From a bacterium (GTDB lineage: Bacteria > Oederibacteriota > Muellerivitia > Muellerivitales > Muellerivitaceae), in NCBI GenBank assembly GCA_035549195.1, contig DASZRK010000017.1, forward strand, positions 384,177 through 448,176: a stretch of DNA of 64,000 nt. Reading direction: 5' to 3'. This document shows positions 38,872-47,271 of the stretch, in pieces. How positions within the stretch are numbered: position 1 is the first letter of the stretch; the number at the start of each line of letters is the position of its first letter. Below the pieces are notes generated by a model. It saw only the letters and a list, made by a program, of their open reading frames with translations. It was not told where the DNA came from and ran no database searches. Both the position numbers and the translations under genes were made by a program.

Positions 38872-39603
38872 ATGGGCCAAGTGAACATCAAGGTCTACCG
38901 GGGCGATTCGAACGGCGGCCAATTGAAGGACTACAACGTCGAGGTCGAAGAGGGGATGGTGGTCCTCGACGTGGTCCATAAGATCCAGGCCACCCAATCC
39001 TCCGACCTGGCCTGCCGCTGGAACTGCAAGGCTGGCAAGTGCGGGTCCTGTTCCGCCGAGGTCAACGGAAAGCCCCGCCTCATGTGCATGACCCGCATGA
39101 ACGAGTTCAAAGAGGGGGAGACCGTCACCATCACCCCCATGAAGACCTTCCCGATCCTGAAGGACCTGGCCACGGACGTCTCCTACAACTACCAGGTCAA
39201 CAAGACCATCCCGCCTTTCACTCCCAAGGAAGGGGCCGATTGGCATTGGGAGCAGGAGGATGTGGACCGGGTGCAGGAATTCCGCAAGTGCATCGAGTGC
39301 TTCCTTTGTCAGGATACCTGCCATGTGCTGCGCGACCACGACAAGATGGGCAAGTTCGCCGGGCCCCGCTTTTTCGTGCGGGTGGCTTCCCTCGAGATGC
39401 ATCCCATCGACGGGGCCGACCGGGTGCCGCTCCTCAAGGGCGAACACGGTCTGGGCTACTGCAACATCACCAAATGCTGCACCGAGGTCTGCCCCGAGTC
39501 CATCCACATCACGGACAACGCCATCATCCCGCTGAAGGAAAGGGTCGTGGACCGCTATTACGACCCCTTGAGGATCCTGCTCTCCAAGGTCTTCGGGAAA
39601 TAA
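38872..39603 (+). CDS. frdB: succinate dehydrogenase/fumarate reductase iron-sulfur subunit
   Basis: ATG at 38872. CRWNCKAGKCGSC is the 2Fe-2S motif; CIECFLCQDTC and CTEVCP are cluster motifs. Confidence 0.88.
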   Translation: MGQVNIKVYRGDSNGGQLKDYNVEVEEGMVVLDVVHKIQATQSSDLACRWNCKAGKCGSCSAEVNGKPRLMCMTRMNEFKEGETVTITPMKTFPILKDLATDVSYNYQVNKTIPPFTPKEGADWHWEQEDVDRVQEFRKCIECFLCQDTCHVLRDHDKMGKFAGPRFFVRVASLEMHPIDGADRVPLLKGEHGLGYCNITKCCTEVCPESIHITDNAIIPLKERVVDRYYDPLRILLSKVFGK

Positions 39604-39626
39604 GGGGGGGCCCGCCCGGGCCCTTC

Positions 39627-40970
39627 TTAGCGCGGGGGATTGGTCTTGGCGATGGGGAGCGTCTTGATGGGCTTCCTGTCCTTGAAGTAGACCACGTAGT
39701 ACTGTCCCACCGGCATGTCGTATCGCATCTTGTTCTTCCCATCCCACTCCACCCAGGCGTTCTGTTCGTTCGTCACCTTATGGTCATAAATGACCTCGAC
39801 CGCCTTCAGTTTGGCGTCCACCACTTCCAACTGGTAATGACCTGGCCCGGTGTCGAAGGTCACCAGGAAAGCGGCCGGGAAGGTGCTGAAGACCAGGGTC
39901 TCGGTCCTTTCCGCCGGCGGGAGGCCGCGCGGCATGCCTTGCGGACGGGCTTGGGGCGCTTGAACGGGGACCTGGGTCGGGACGGCCTGGACCCGGGGCA
40001 TGGGGGTCGGAACCGCGGCCCGCGGCAGGGAGACGGGTGGGGCATAGACCGGGACGGCCGGCAGGGGGATCGGCGTATCGGTCGGACGCGGAGCGGGCAT
40101 GACCATGGGGGGCAAGGTGGGCCAGGCTTGGGCGCGGGTCGGAAGGGCCCAAGGGGTGGCCGTCGGCACGAGCCGGGGCCAGGGGGTGAAGGTGGGCCAA
40201 CGGGTCCAGGTGCGGGTCGGGGTCCAAGGAATGAAAGGCGTGGGGGAGCGGGTGGCGGTGGGGGTCGGGGTCGTGGATCGGGTAGGCGTGGGCGTCAGAT
40301 AAGGGGTCGGGGAATAGGTCGGCAGGAAATGGGGAGGTGCGGCCACTTGGCGCCAATAGAGGACCCCGCAACCTTGGGAGGGGCCCGAGCCGTTCGCTGA
40401 GGTGTCGTAAGAGAGATAGGGGAGCAGGTCGCCGGTCTGGGCGCTTCGGATCTGGGCGGCGGTATAGGTATTGGCGGAGATCGGCACCCCGGTGCGGGAA
40501 AAGGGATTCGAGGCCGGGTCGTATTGGAACAGCATCCAACTGTGCCCGCTCTCGTCGGATAGGGGTGCAGCCCCGGCTCCGCAGGAACCGCCTCCGTTCG
40601 GGTCCCAGTAGAGCCGGATCTGGGATTTGACCGGATCGGAGCTGTTCATGACGAAAGGCGGCCGCCCCTCGCAGTCGACCTCCAGTTCCCACGAGGTATA
40701 GACCCGGGTGGGGTTGTTGTTCTCGGTGCGGAGGGTCAGGCAGATGAGGGGCCCCTGGATCAGGTCCAGGTCCATGGGGAGGCAGAGCTTGCCGGGGCCG
40801 CAACCCGACCGCCCGTCGCAGAATTCGCGTTGGCCCAGGTAGGCCCCATTGACCCAGACCTGGGTGATGTCGTCCCCGGCCACGCAGACCCGTGCGCCCG
40901 TGGGACGGCACTGGCCCCAGGCCAGGGAAGCCGGAAGGAAAAGGAACAGGAGGATCAGGGACCTTTTCAT
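39627..40970 (-). CDS. secreted protein with Cys-rich N-terminal domain, long Pro/Thr/Trp-rich linker and C-terminal T9SS/FlgD-Ig-type sorting domain
   Basis: Signal peptide MKRSLILLFLFLPASLAWG|Q, followed by a domain with 10 Cys. The low-complexity TPTPTRSTTPTPTATRSPTP...PQARPQG region follows. The C-terminal EVVDAKLKAVEVIYDHKV...WDGKNKMRYDMPVGQYYVVYFKD resembles the C-terminal domain of ORF1. Confidence 0.6.
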   Translation of the reverse strand: MKRSLILLFLFLPASLAWGQCRPTGARVCVAGDDITQVWVNGAYLGQREFCDGRSGCGPGKLCLPMDLDLIQGPLICLTLRTENNNPTRVYTSWELEVDCEGRPPFVMNSSDPVKSQIRLYWDPNGGGSCGAGAAPLSDESGHSWMLFQYDPASNPFSRTGVPISANTYTAAQIRSAQTGDLLPYLSYDTSANGSGPSQGCGVLYWRQVAAPPHFLPTYSPTPYLTPTPTRSTTPTPTATRSPTPFIPWTPTRTWTRWPTFTPWPRLVPTATPWALPTRAQAWPTLPPMVMPAPRPTDTPIPLPAVPVYAPPVSLPRAAVPTPMPRVQAVPTQVPVQAPQARPQGMPRGLPPAERTETLVFSTFPAAFLVTFDTGPGHYQLEVVDAKLKAVEVIYDHKVTNEQNAWVEWDGKNKMRYDMPVGQYYVVYFKDRKPIKTLPIAKTNPPR

Positions 40971-41080
40971 GCGTCGTTTCCTCGTGGGTGGCGCTCCATG
41001 GCCGCATTGTAACCGCTTTGGGGTGGGGGTGATATAATCCGGCCGTCCGACCGGATAGGATCCCCGAACGGCCCCTTCTT

Positions 41081-41812
41081 TTGGACGGTCGGACGGGCTT
41101 TCCGGTCCCCAGGAGCCCTCATTTGGAAAGAACCGGCGCTTCTCCCTGGCTTCCCCACTGGCATCCCGGTGCCTTACGGGACCCTTCCACTCTTTTCCTC
41201 CTGGCTGCCAACCTGATCCCGCTCCTAGGGGTCCTCTTCTGGAGCTGGGATCTTTTCCTTCTCATGATGCTCTACTGGTCGGAGACGGCCATCATCGGTT
41301 TCTGGCACATCCTGCGCATGGCCCTGGAAGCGAAGATCTTCGCCCTCTTCCTGGTCCCGTTCTTTTGCGTCCATTTCGGTGGGTTCATGGCGGGACACTT
41401 CATCTTCTTGATGGCATTGTTCGGTAAGGGCCGTGGGATCGAGGTCCACAGCGTCAAGGATTACGTGGACCATATCCTGATCGGGGCCAACCTTTGGATT
41501 CCTTTCCTCGCCCTCTTCCTGAGCCACGGCATCTCGTTCTTCCTGAACTATCTCAAGCCCAAAATGGACCAGGACTTCGGACTGGCGCCGTCGTCCCAGC
41601 GAATGGACCAGGACCCGGTGGGGATGATGTCCGCGCCCTACCGCCGGGTGATCGTGATGCACATGACCCTATTGTTCGGCGGGTTCCTGTCCATGGCCCT
41701 GCACATGGATAAACCCGCTTTTTTCCTGATGGTGGCCCTGAAGACTTTCGTGGACCTGGGCGCCCACACCCGTAAAAATTTCGCGGGACACCCGGCGGCG
41801 GACCCGGCCTAA
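41081..41812 (+). CDS. hypothetical polytopic membrane protein
   Basis: Multiple hydrophobic helices are present (LFWSWDLFLLMMLYWSETAIIGFW...). An extended -10 TGATATAAT lies at 41026-41034, about 45 bp upstream. The N-terminal 45 aa are atypical, so the start is uncertain. Confidence 0.45.
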   Translation: MDGRTGFPVPRSPHLERTGASPWLPHWHPGALRDPSTLFLLAANLIPLLGVLFWSWDLFLLMMLYWSETAIIGFWHILRMALEAKIFALFLVPFFCVHFGGFMAGHFIFLMALFGKGRGIEVHSVKDYVDHILIGANLWIPFLALFLSHGISFFLNYLKPKMDQDFGLAPSSQRMDQDPVGMMSAPYRRVIVMHMTLLFGGFLSMALHMDKPAFFLMVALKTFVDLGAHTRKNFAGHPAADPA

Positions 41813-42115
41813 AAAAGAAAAAGCCCGGGACCTTTCGGCCCGGGCTTTCATCGTGAAGTGGTCGCACGCTCCGGTAATCCGGAGATCAGGGGCTCACCCG
41901 ATCAAGTTGTGAGAGTGGCCCGTACTCTGATAGGCGGTGCGACCTATCCATATCTTTCTCCCGGAAGGATCTTCCGGCAAGAAGAAAGCCCGATCGTCGG
42001 AATTTTTACAACGCATAAAGCGGGCCACGCTCCGGCACGTGTTCCGAGAACGATCTTGAGAATGGGAAAAGGTTTTTGTGGATAACTTCGACCGGCCGTC
42101 GGCCAGAAAAAGTTT

Positions 42116-43081
42116 TTAGCCGGCAGCCGGTCGTGCCCCTTCCGCCGGATGCTGCACTTCCTGCAGGAGGAAAAGGGTTCCCCAGACCTTTCCCGAAGGG
42201 GTCGAGCCCGAAGAACTGTCCAAACGAAAACGTTTTGCGTGTCCGTTCCATTCGGCATCCAGGTATTCCCGCTTCAACTCCCTCCGGGTTTTCAGGGAAT
42301 CGGCCATTTTTTCCCCGATCGGGCCCAAGGGCTGCCCCTTGGCGGTCACCAGGGCGTTCACCAGGCCCTTGGGGTTCAGGTCCAGGATCTTGCCCACGCG
42401 GGCGTTCACGAAAAGGACATTTCCCTCCACGGAGACTGCGATGGCCCCGATGGGGAGGCTATCGAGGACGTTCTTGAGGGTCGCGGCGTATTCCAGGGCG
42501 GCTTGGTCCCCTTCCCGTACTTTTTCGCTCAAAAGGGCCGCTTTCCGGGCCAATTGGATGATCTCCCGCTCCTCCTGGACCGACCGGTAGGCCAGATAGC
42601 CGGAATGGATGGAAACAACGAAAAGAAGAGCGCAGGAAAGCAGAAGAAGGGGGTCGAGGTAATTGAAATCATCGCTCTTGTAATAGATCAAATAAACGTA
42701 AAGGCCGACCACCGCCATGGCCACCACCAGGCTGCGCCCCACCGACTGGCTCAAGGCGGACATGAAAAAGGTGAGGAAAATGAGGATCATCAGGTTGGTT
42801 TCCCAATGGTCGAACAGGTAAAGGCCGGCCAAAAGGAACACCAGATCCATGGAAAAAACGATGTATTGGAAGCGGACCTTCTCAAAACGGTCTTCCTGGA
42901 TCAGGTGGAGGGGTACGAAACTGAGCCCCAGGACGATGCCATAGGCCAAGACCAGGCTTTTATGGTCCAAATGGTCCATCAGGTAGAAATAGCCAAGGCA
43001 CAGGAGGATGGAAGCCAATAGAAGACGGATCAGGAATACGTTCTTTTTGACCTGGGGTGTAGCTTGTTGTAGTTCGTTCAT
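42116..43081 (-). CDS. membrane protein with C-terminal PAS-like sensory domain (no output domain)
   Basis: The likely start is ATG at 43081 (MNELQQ...). About 6 TM helices are followed by a cytoplasmic PAS-like region (LKNVLDSLPIGAIAVSVEGNVLFVNARVGKILDL...). Confidence 0.5.
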   Translation of the reverse strand: MNELQQATPQVKKNVFLIRLLLASILLCLGYFYLMDHLDHKSLVLAYGIVLGLSFVPLHLIQEDRFEKVRFQYIVFSMDLVFLLAGLYLFDHWETNLMILIFLTFFMSALSQSVGRSLVVAMAVVGLYVYLIYYKSDDFNYLDPLLLLSCALLFVVSIHSGYLAYRSVQEEREIIQLARKAALLSEKVREGDQAALEYAATLKNVLDSLPIGAIAVSVEGNVLFVNARVGKILDLNPKGLVNALVTAKGQPLGPIGEKMADSLKTRRELKREYLDAEWNGHAKRFRLDSSSGSTPSGKVWGTLFLLQEVQHPAEGARPAAG

Positions 43082-43138
43082 GGTAGGTTTTGCCCCTTCT
43101 TGAGCCCTTAAAACGGTCGAACGGATGGTTTTCATCTT

Positions 43139-44065
43139 ATGCCAGCCCGCCGAACCCCTCCAACATCAAAGAAAAGCCTGTCCTGGGATGTCTGGCTGGC
43201 CTTGGGGCTGGTTTATGTGGTCTGGGGCTCCACCTACCTGGCCATCCGTTTCGCCATCCGCACACTGCCCCCTTTCGGAATGGCAGGGGCGCGGTTCCTG
43301 GTCTCAGGCGGCCTTCTTTTCCTTTTCATGAGCCTGCGCGGCGTTCCAACGCCCCCTCTTCGCCAATGGCGCTCCGCGGGGATCGTGGGGTTCCTCCTCA
43401 TCACGGTGGCCAACGGCGGGGTTTGCTGGTTGGAACGCTGGGTGCCCTCCGGCATGACCGCCCTCCTGGTGGGGACGGTCCCCCTTTGGATCGCCTTTCT
43501 ATTGGTCCTGGGCCCGAAGGGCACCCAACCATCCGTGGCGACTTGGTCGGGCCTGTTCCTGGGGTTCCTGGGCATCGTCTTATTGGTCTCGGGAAGGCAC
43601 CATGGGTCCTTCGAGGTCGATCCTTGGGGGGCCTTGGGACTGGTCGGGACCTCGCTGGCTTGGGCCATCGGCTCCCTTTACGCCCGCAAGGCGGACCTAC
43701 CGGCCTCACCCCTCATGGGGACCTCATTGGAAATGATCCTGGGCGGAGCGGGACAGATCGTTGTTTCGCTCCTCTTGGGGGAGTTCGGAGGGTTCCATCT
43801 TTCCGGGATCAGTCAAGTTTCCTGGGAAGCCTGGATCTACCTGACCTTCATCGGATCCTTGGTCGGGTTCACGTCCTATATCTGGGTCCTCCAAAAGGCC
43901 ACTCCGGAACTGGCTTCCACCTACGCCTTCGTGAATCCCGTGATCGCGGTCTTCCTGGGTTGGTCCCTCGGAGGAGAAACGCTGACCGGAGGCCTCTTTT
44001 TGGCGGCGGGTTGCATCGTCGCGGCGGTCACCCTCGTCGTCTGGGGATCCCGCAAAGGCCCGTGA
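43139..44065 (+). CDS. EamA/DMT-superfamily transporter
   Basis: Ten TM segments and two EamA repeats are present (VYVVWGSTYLAIRFA; FIGSLVGFTSYIWVL). Confidence 0.8.
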   Translation: MPARRTPPTSKKSLSWDVWLALGLVYVVWGSTYLAIRFAIRTLPPFGMAGARFLVSGGLLFLFMSLRGVPTPPLRQWRSAGIVGFLLITVANGGVCWLERWVPSGMTALLVGTVPLWIAFLLVLGPKGTQPSVATWSGLFLGFLGIVLLVSGRHHGSFEVDPWGALGLVGTSLAWAIGSLYARKADLPASPLMGTSLEMILGGAGQIVVSLLLGEFGGFHLSGISQVSWEAWIYLTFIGSLVGFTSYIWVLQKATPELASTYAFVNPVIAVFLGWSLGGETLTGGLFLAAGCIVAAVTLVVWGSRKGP

Positions 44066-44217
44066 CCATTTGGTCCGTCGCGCGCGCCGATGGGCTAGAA
44101 TCAGGTCAACCATCCCGGCCCATCGGCGGATCGGCCCTTGTACTATAGTTCAGAAGCTAAGGGCTTTTGGGTTGATGGGGAAGGGTCGAAAGACCAAAAA
44201 CCACGAACTGTCCCTCG

Positions 44218-45537
44218 ATGGAGACCATGGGCGACAACAGCTTGAACATCGCGGTGGTGGGTGCCGGGCCCGCGGGGCTCACGGCCGCCTATCTCCTCCA
44301 GCGCCGGCACCAGGTCACGGTCTTCGAAAAAGCGCCGCAGGCCGGCGGCCACTGCTTCACCTGGACCATCCCCGGTGGACCGGACAAGGGCCTGTTGCTC
44401 GACCTGGGTTTCCTCGGTTTCCGGTTGCGGGAGAACCCCAACTTCGTCCGGCTCCTCCAGCTTTTGGAGGTTCCCACCGCTTCTTCGGAATGGTCCTTCG
44501 CCTTCTTCGATGAAAAGACCCGCTATCAATACGCCCTCACCGGCTGGCCGGGCTATTTCACCCGGCTCCACCAATGGGCCAGCCCCGCTTTCCTCGAATT
44601 CCTCCGGGAAAGGGCCTGGTTCCATTCCAGGATCCACCGGGACCTGGAAAGAGGAAGGTTGGAAGGGGCGGTCCTGGGCGCCTACCTTCGGGAGAACCGT
44701 TACTCGCCGGGGTTCCTCCGGGACTATGTCCTGCCGCTGGGTGCCTCCATCTGGGGTCTTTCGGTCAAGGCCATGGAGGACATGCCCGCGGGACTTTTCG
44801 CCGACCGCTTGCCGGCCCACCTTCCCCACCAAAGGCACCAATGGCGCCGCATCGAAAAGGGAAGCTCCCGGTTCATCACGGCGCTTTTGAACAAGCTTAA
44901 ATTCCGGGTCAAGGTCGCCGAGCCCGTGGAGGGGATCAAGCGGAAGTTCCCCATCCATTTCCCGGGGGAGACCGCCGACCATGAGGCCGACCCCAAGGGG
45001 CAGGTGATCCTGCGGGGCCGGGACGGGAAGGAAAGTGTTTTCGACAAGGTGGTCCTGGCCTGTCATGCCGATGAAGCCCTGGGGTTGTTGCACGAGCCCA
45101 CCGAGGACGAGCAGAGGCTCTTGTCCCCCTGGCGCTACCAGAAGAACCACGTCCTGTTGCACACCGACGACGAGATCCTCCCCCCTTCCCGCCGGTCCTG
45201 GGCGGCCTGGAACTACATCCGGGAGATCGAGACCACCAAATCCGAACCGGTGGCCGTGACGGGGCACTTGAACCGGCTGATGGGCCTCACCTGCCGGGAG
45301 CAGTATTTCATCACCCTCAACCGCGTGCGCCCTATCCCGGAAAAACATGCCCTGAAAGAGGCCTATTTCACCCATCCGGTCCCGACCCTGGAGGCCCTGC
45401 GCACCCGATCGGAGTTGGAAGGCCTCAACGGCCGCAACCACACGTATTTTTGCGGGAGCTATTTCGGCCAAGGCGCCCTGGAGGATGCGGTCCGCTCGGC
45501 CTTGCAGGTGGGCCGCCTCTTCGGGATCGAATTGTGA
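44218..45537 (+). CDS. NAD(P)/FAD-dependent oxidoreductase, amine-oxidase-like (COG2907-type, often lipid-modification associated)
   Basis: NIAVVGAGPAGLTAAYLL...FEKAPQAGGH is the Rossmann/FAD motif in a 439-aa protein. Confidence 0.7.
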   Translation: METMGDNSLNIAVVGAGPAGLTAAYLLQRRHQVTVFEKAPQAGGHCFTWTIPGGPDKGLLLDLGFLGFRLRENPNFVRLLQLLEVPTASSEWSFAFFDEKTRYQYALTGWPGYFTRLHQWASPAFLEFLRERAWFHSRIHRDLERGRLEGAVLGAYLRENRYSPGFLRDYVLPLGASIWGLSVKAMEDMPAGLFADRLPAHLPHQRHQWRRIEKGSSRFITALLNKLKFRVKVAEPVEGIKRKFPIHFPGETADHEADPKGQVILRGRDGKESVFDKVVLACHADEALGLLHEPTEDEQRLLSPWRYQKNHVLLHTDDEILPPSRRSWAAWNYIREIETTKSEPVAVTGHLNRLMGLTCREQYFITLNRVRPIPEKHALKEAYFTHPVPTLEALRTRSELEGLNGRNHTYFCGSYFGQGALEDAVRSALQVGRLFGIEL

Positions 45538-45885
45538 CACCAGTCATGGTGGGGAATGGCTTTTTTCCACAGGATGCGGGGGCTGGAAAAGACCGCTCTT
45601 TGTCCCGATCATTCCCAAGGCAGGTAAGTGCCCGCGCTTTTTTGGGGTGACCTCCGCAAAAAAGCAAAGGTATAATTACGGCAGGGAAACAGAAGATCAT
45701 CCCTCCTAGGCGGGCGGTCCGCATTCCTCCCGCACCCGGTCCCCGACGTATGAACGTCGGAAGTTCCTGAAAGAACGGGGACGGGTCCCCCAGAACTGTT
45801 CTTGAAGACAGTCGTTCGGTCCATGGCCTTGGATGGTCTCGGGCCGTCCCAATGCGATCCTAAAAAAGAAGAGGTATCCGTCTCA

Positions 45886-46848
45886 ATGCAACCAACTGAA
45901 GTCCATCCGAACATCGAAGGCATCCCCAATCTCACCCCCGTTCAAACCGCCCCCATCACCGATTACCACCGCAATTTCCTGCGCACCTTCACCAAGGAAG
46001 AGAAGATCGACTGGGGGGGAAGCATCCCCTTTTTCGGGGTCCACGTAGTGGGCCTTCTGGCCTGGTTGACCGGCATCAGCTGGGCGGCCGTCGCCATGTG
46101 TTTCTTCATGTACTACTTCCGCATGTTCGCCATCACGGGCATCTACCACCGTTATTTCTCGCACCGGTCCTATAAGACCAGCCGCTGGTTCCAGTTCGTC
46201 ATGGCCCTTTGGGGCACTTCCTGCGGCCAGCAAGGCCCGCTTTGGTGGGCCGCCCATCACCGACACCACCACAAGTATTCGGACACCCCCGAGGACATCC
46301 ATTCCCCCGGTTTACGGGGTTTCTGGTGGTCCCATTGGGGCTGGATCCTCTGCAAGCGCTACGCACCCACCAATGAGGAGGCGGTCAAGGACCTGGTCAA
46401 GTATCCCGAACTGAAATTCATCAACAAACACCACGGCATCGCGCCTTTCGTCCTGGCCACCTTGATCTTCTTCTTCGGGGCCTTCCTGGAACACGCCGCG
46501 CCCGGTCTCCACACCAACGGCATGCAGATGCTGGCCTGGGGCTTCTTCACCTCCACCACCCTGCTCTACCACGGCACCTTCACCATCAATTCGCTGTCCC
46601 ATGTTTTCGGCAAGAAGCGCTTCGAGACGGGGGACGACAGCAAGAACAACTTTTGGCTGTCCTTGATCACCATGGGCGAAGGGTGGCACAACAACCACCA
46701 CAAGTTCCCCTATGCCGAGAGCCAGGGCATCTATTGGTGGGAGATCGACATGTCCCATTACATCCTGAAGATGTTCTCGTGGGTGGGGCTGGTCTGGGAC
46801 ATCCAGAAGCACCCCAAGGAGCTTTTCCAGAAGACCGCCAAAGCCTGA
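45886..46848 (+). CDS. acyl-CoA/acyl-lipid delta-9-type fatty-acid desaturase
   Basis: Three histidine boxes HRYFSHRSY, HHRHHHKYSD and HNNHHKFP are present. The start is likely ATG at 45886; the ORF track gives a TTG at 45802. Confidence 0.8.
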   Translation: MQPTEVHPNIEGIPNLTPVQTAPITDYHRNFLRTFTKEEKIDWGGSIPFFGVHVVGLLAWLTGISWAAVAMCFFMYYFRMFAITGIYHRYFSHRSYKTSRWFQFVMALWGTSCGQQGPLWWAAHHRHHHKYSDTPEDIHSPGLRGFWWSHWGWILCKRYAPTNEEAVKDLVKYPELKFINKHHGIAPFVLATLIFFFGAFLEHAAPGLHTNGMQMLAWGFFTSTTLLYHGTFTINSLSHVFGKKRFETGDDSKNNFWLSLITMGEGWHNNHHKFPYAESQGIYWWEIDMSHYILKMFSWVGLVWDIQKHPKELFQKTAKA

Positions 46849-46871
46849 GAGGGCAGGGTAAAAAAACAAAA

Positions 46872-46903
46872 GCCTTGGAGGGTTTTCCCTCCAAGGCTTT
46901 TTT
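46872..46903. terminator. bidirectional intrinsic terminator
   Basis: GCCTTGGAGGG-tttt-CCCTCCAAGGC is flanked by an A-run upstream and TTTTTTATTT downstream. It sits between convergent genes. Confidence 0.85.
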
Positions 46904-46921
46904 ATTTGTGCTAAGGCCGGT

Positions 46922-47122
46922 TCAGAGACCGAGCAATCCCAGGACCTTATAGACCACCAGGGCGGGCCAGACCAAAGCCTTCAGGACGCCTAGGCAGCCC
47001 ATCCAAAAACCGTCGCTGTGCTGGATGAAATAGACCGCCGAACCGATGATGCCCAACCCGTAGAAAGCTCCGCTTTTCATTTCGTGCCGCCTTTCCCAGT
47101 GGAACCATTCCTTTTTTTCCAT
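46922..47122 (-). CDS. small hypothetical membrane protein
   Basis: The likely start is MEKKEWFHW... after AAGGGG. There is one or two TM helices. The ORF track allows a longer form to 47257. Confidence 0.35.
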   Translation of the reverse strand: MEKKEWFHWERRHEMKSGAFYGLGIIGSAVYFIQHSDGFWMGCLGVLKALVWPALVVYKVLGLLGL

Positions 47123-47271
47123 CCCGTCCACCCCTTGAAGACTTGGTGAGACCGAAGCACCTCTAAGGTAAGACGGTGGGAGCGGGATTCCAATGACCTG
47201 GCTCATGGAAAAAGGGCGTTCTTTCCCGATGTTGGGGGGATAATGCAGGAAGCCCACCCCAGGAGGCGCCC

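Noticed and set aside
39604-39626. GC-rich palindrome GGGCCCGCCCGGGCCC between convergent frdB and the CTD-protein gene.
   Set aside because: It lacks a loop or U-tract and is too short to call as a terminator. It may simply reflect the GC-rich composition.
40000-40330. Quasi-repetitive G-rich DNA (GGGGTCGG / GGCGTGGG units) that could be mistaken for a tandem repeat array or CRISPR.
   Set aside because: There are no regular repeat-spacer units. It encodes the Pro/Thr linker of the 39627-40970 gene on the other strand.
41955-41990. CCGGAAGGA...TTCCGG sequence reminiscent of the SRP-RNA domain IV GGAAG motif.
   Set aside because: It is only a simple 7-bp hairpin. The flanking sequence does not fit 4.5S/SRP RNA helix 8 or the overall SRP fold.
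41858-42085. 75-aa ORF in the convergent spacer.
   Set aside because: No RBS is present. The sequence overlaps the structured RNA-like element, and its composition is typical of a random GC-rich frame.
43081-43139. Possible overlap or ambiguity of divergent starts for the PAS membrane protein (43135 vs 43081) and the DMT transporter (43139).
   Set aside because: The 43135 start would leave a 3-bp divergent spacer. I chose the internal ATG at 43081, which gives a 57-bp spacer. This remains uncertain and is not reported as a finding.
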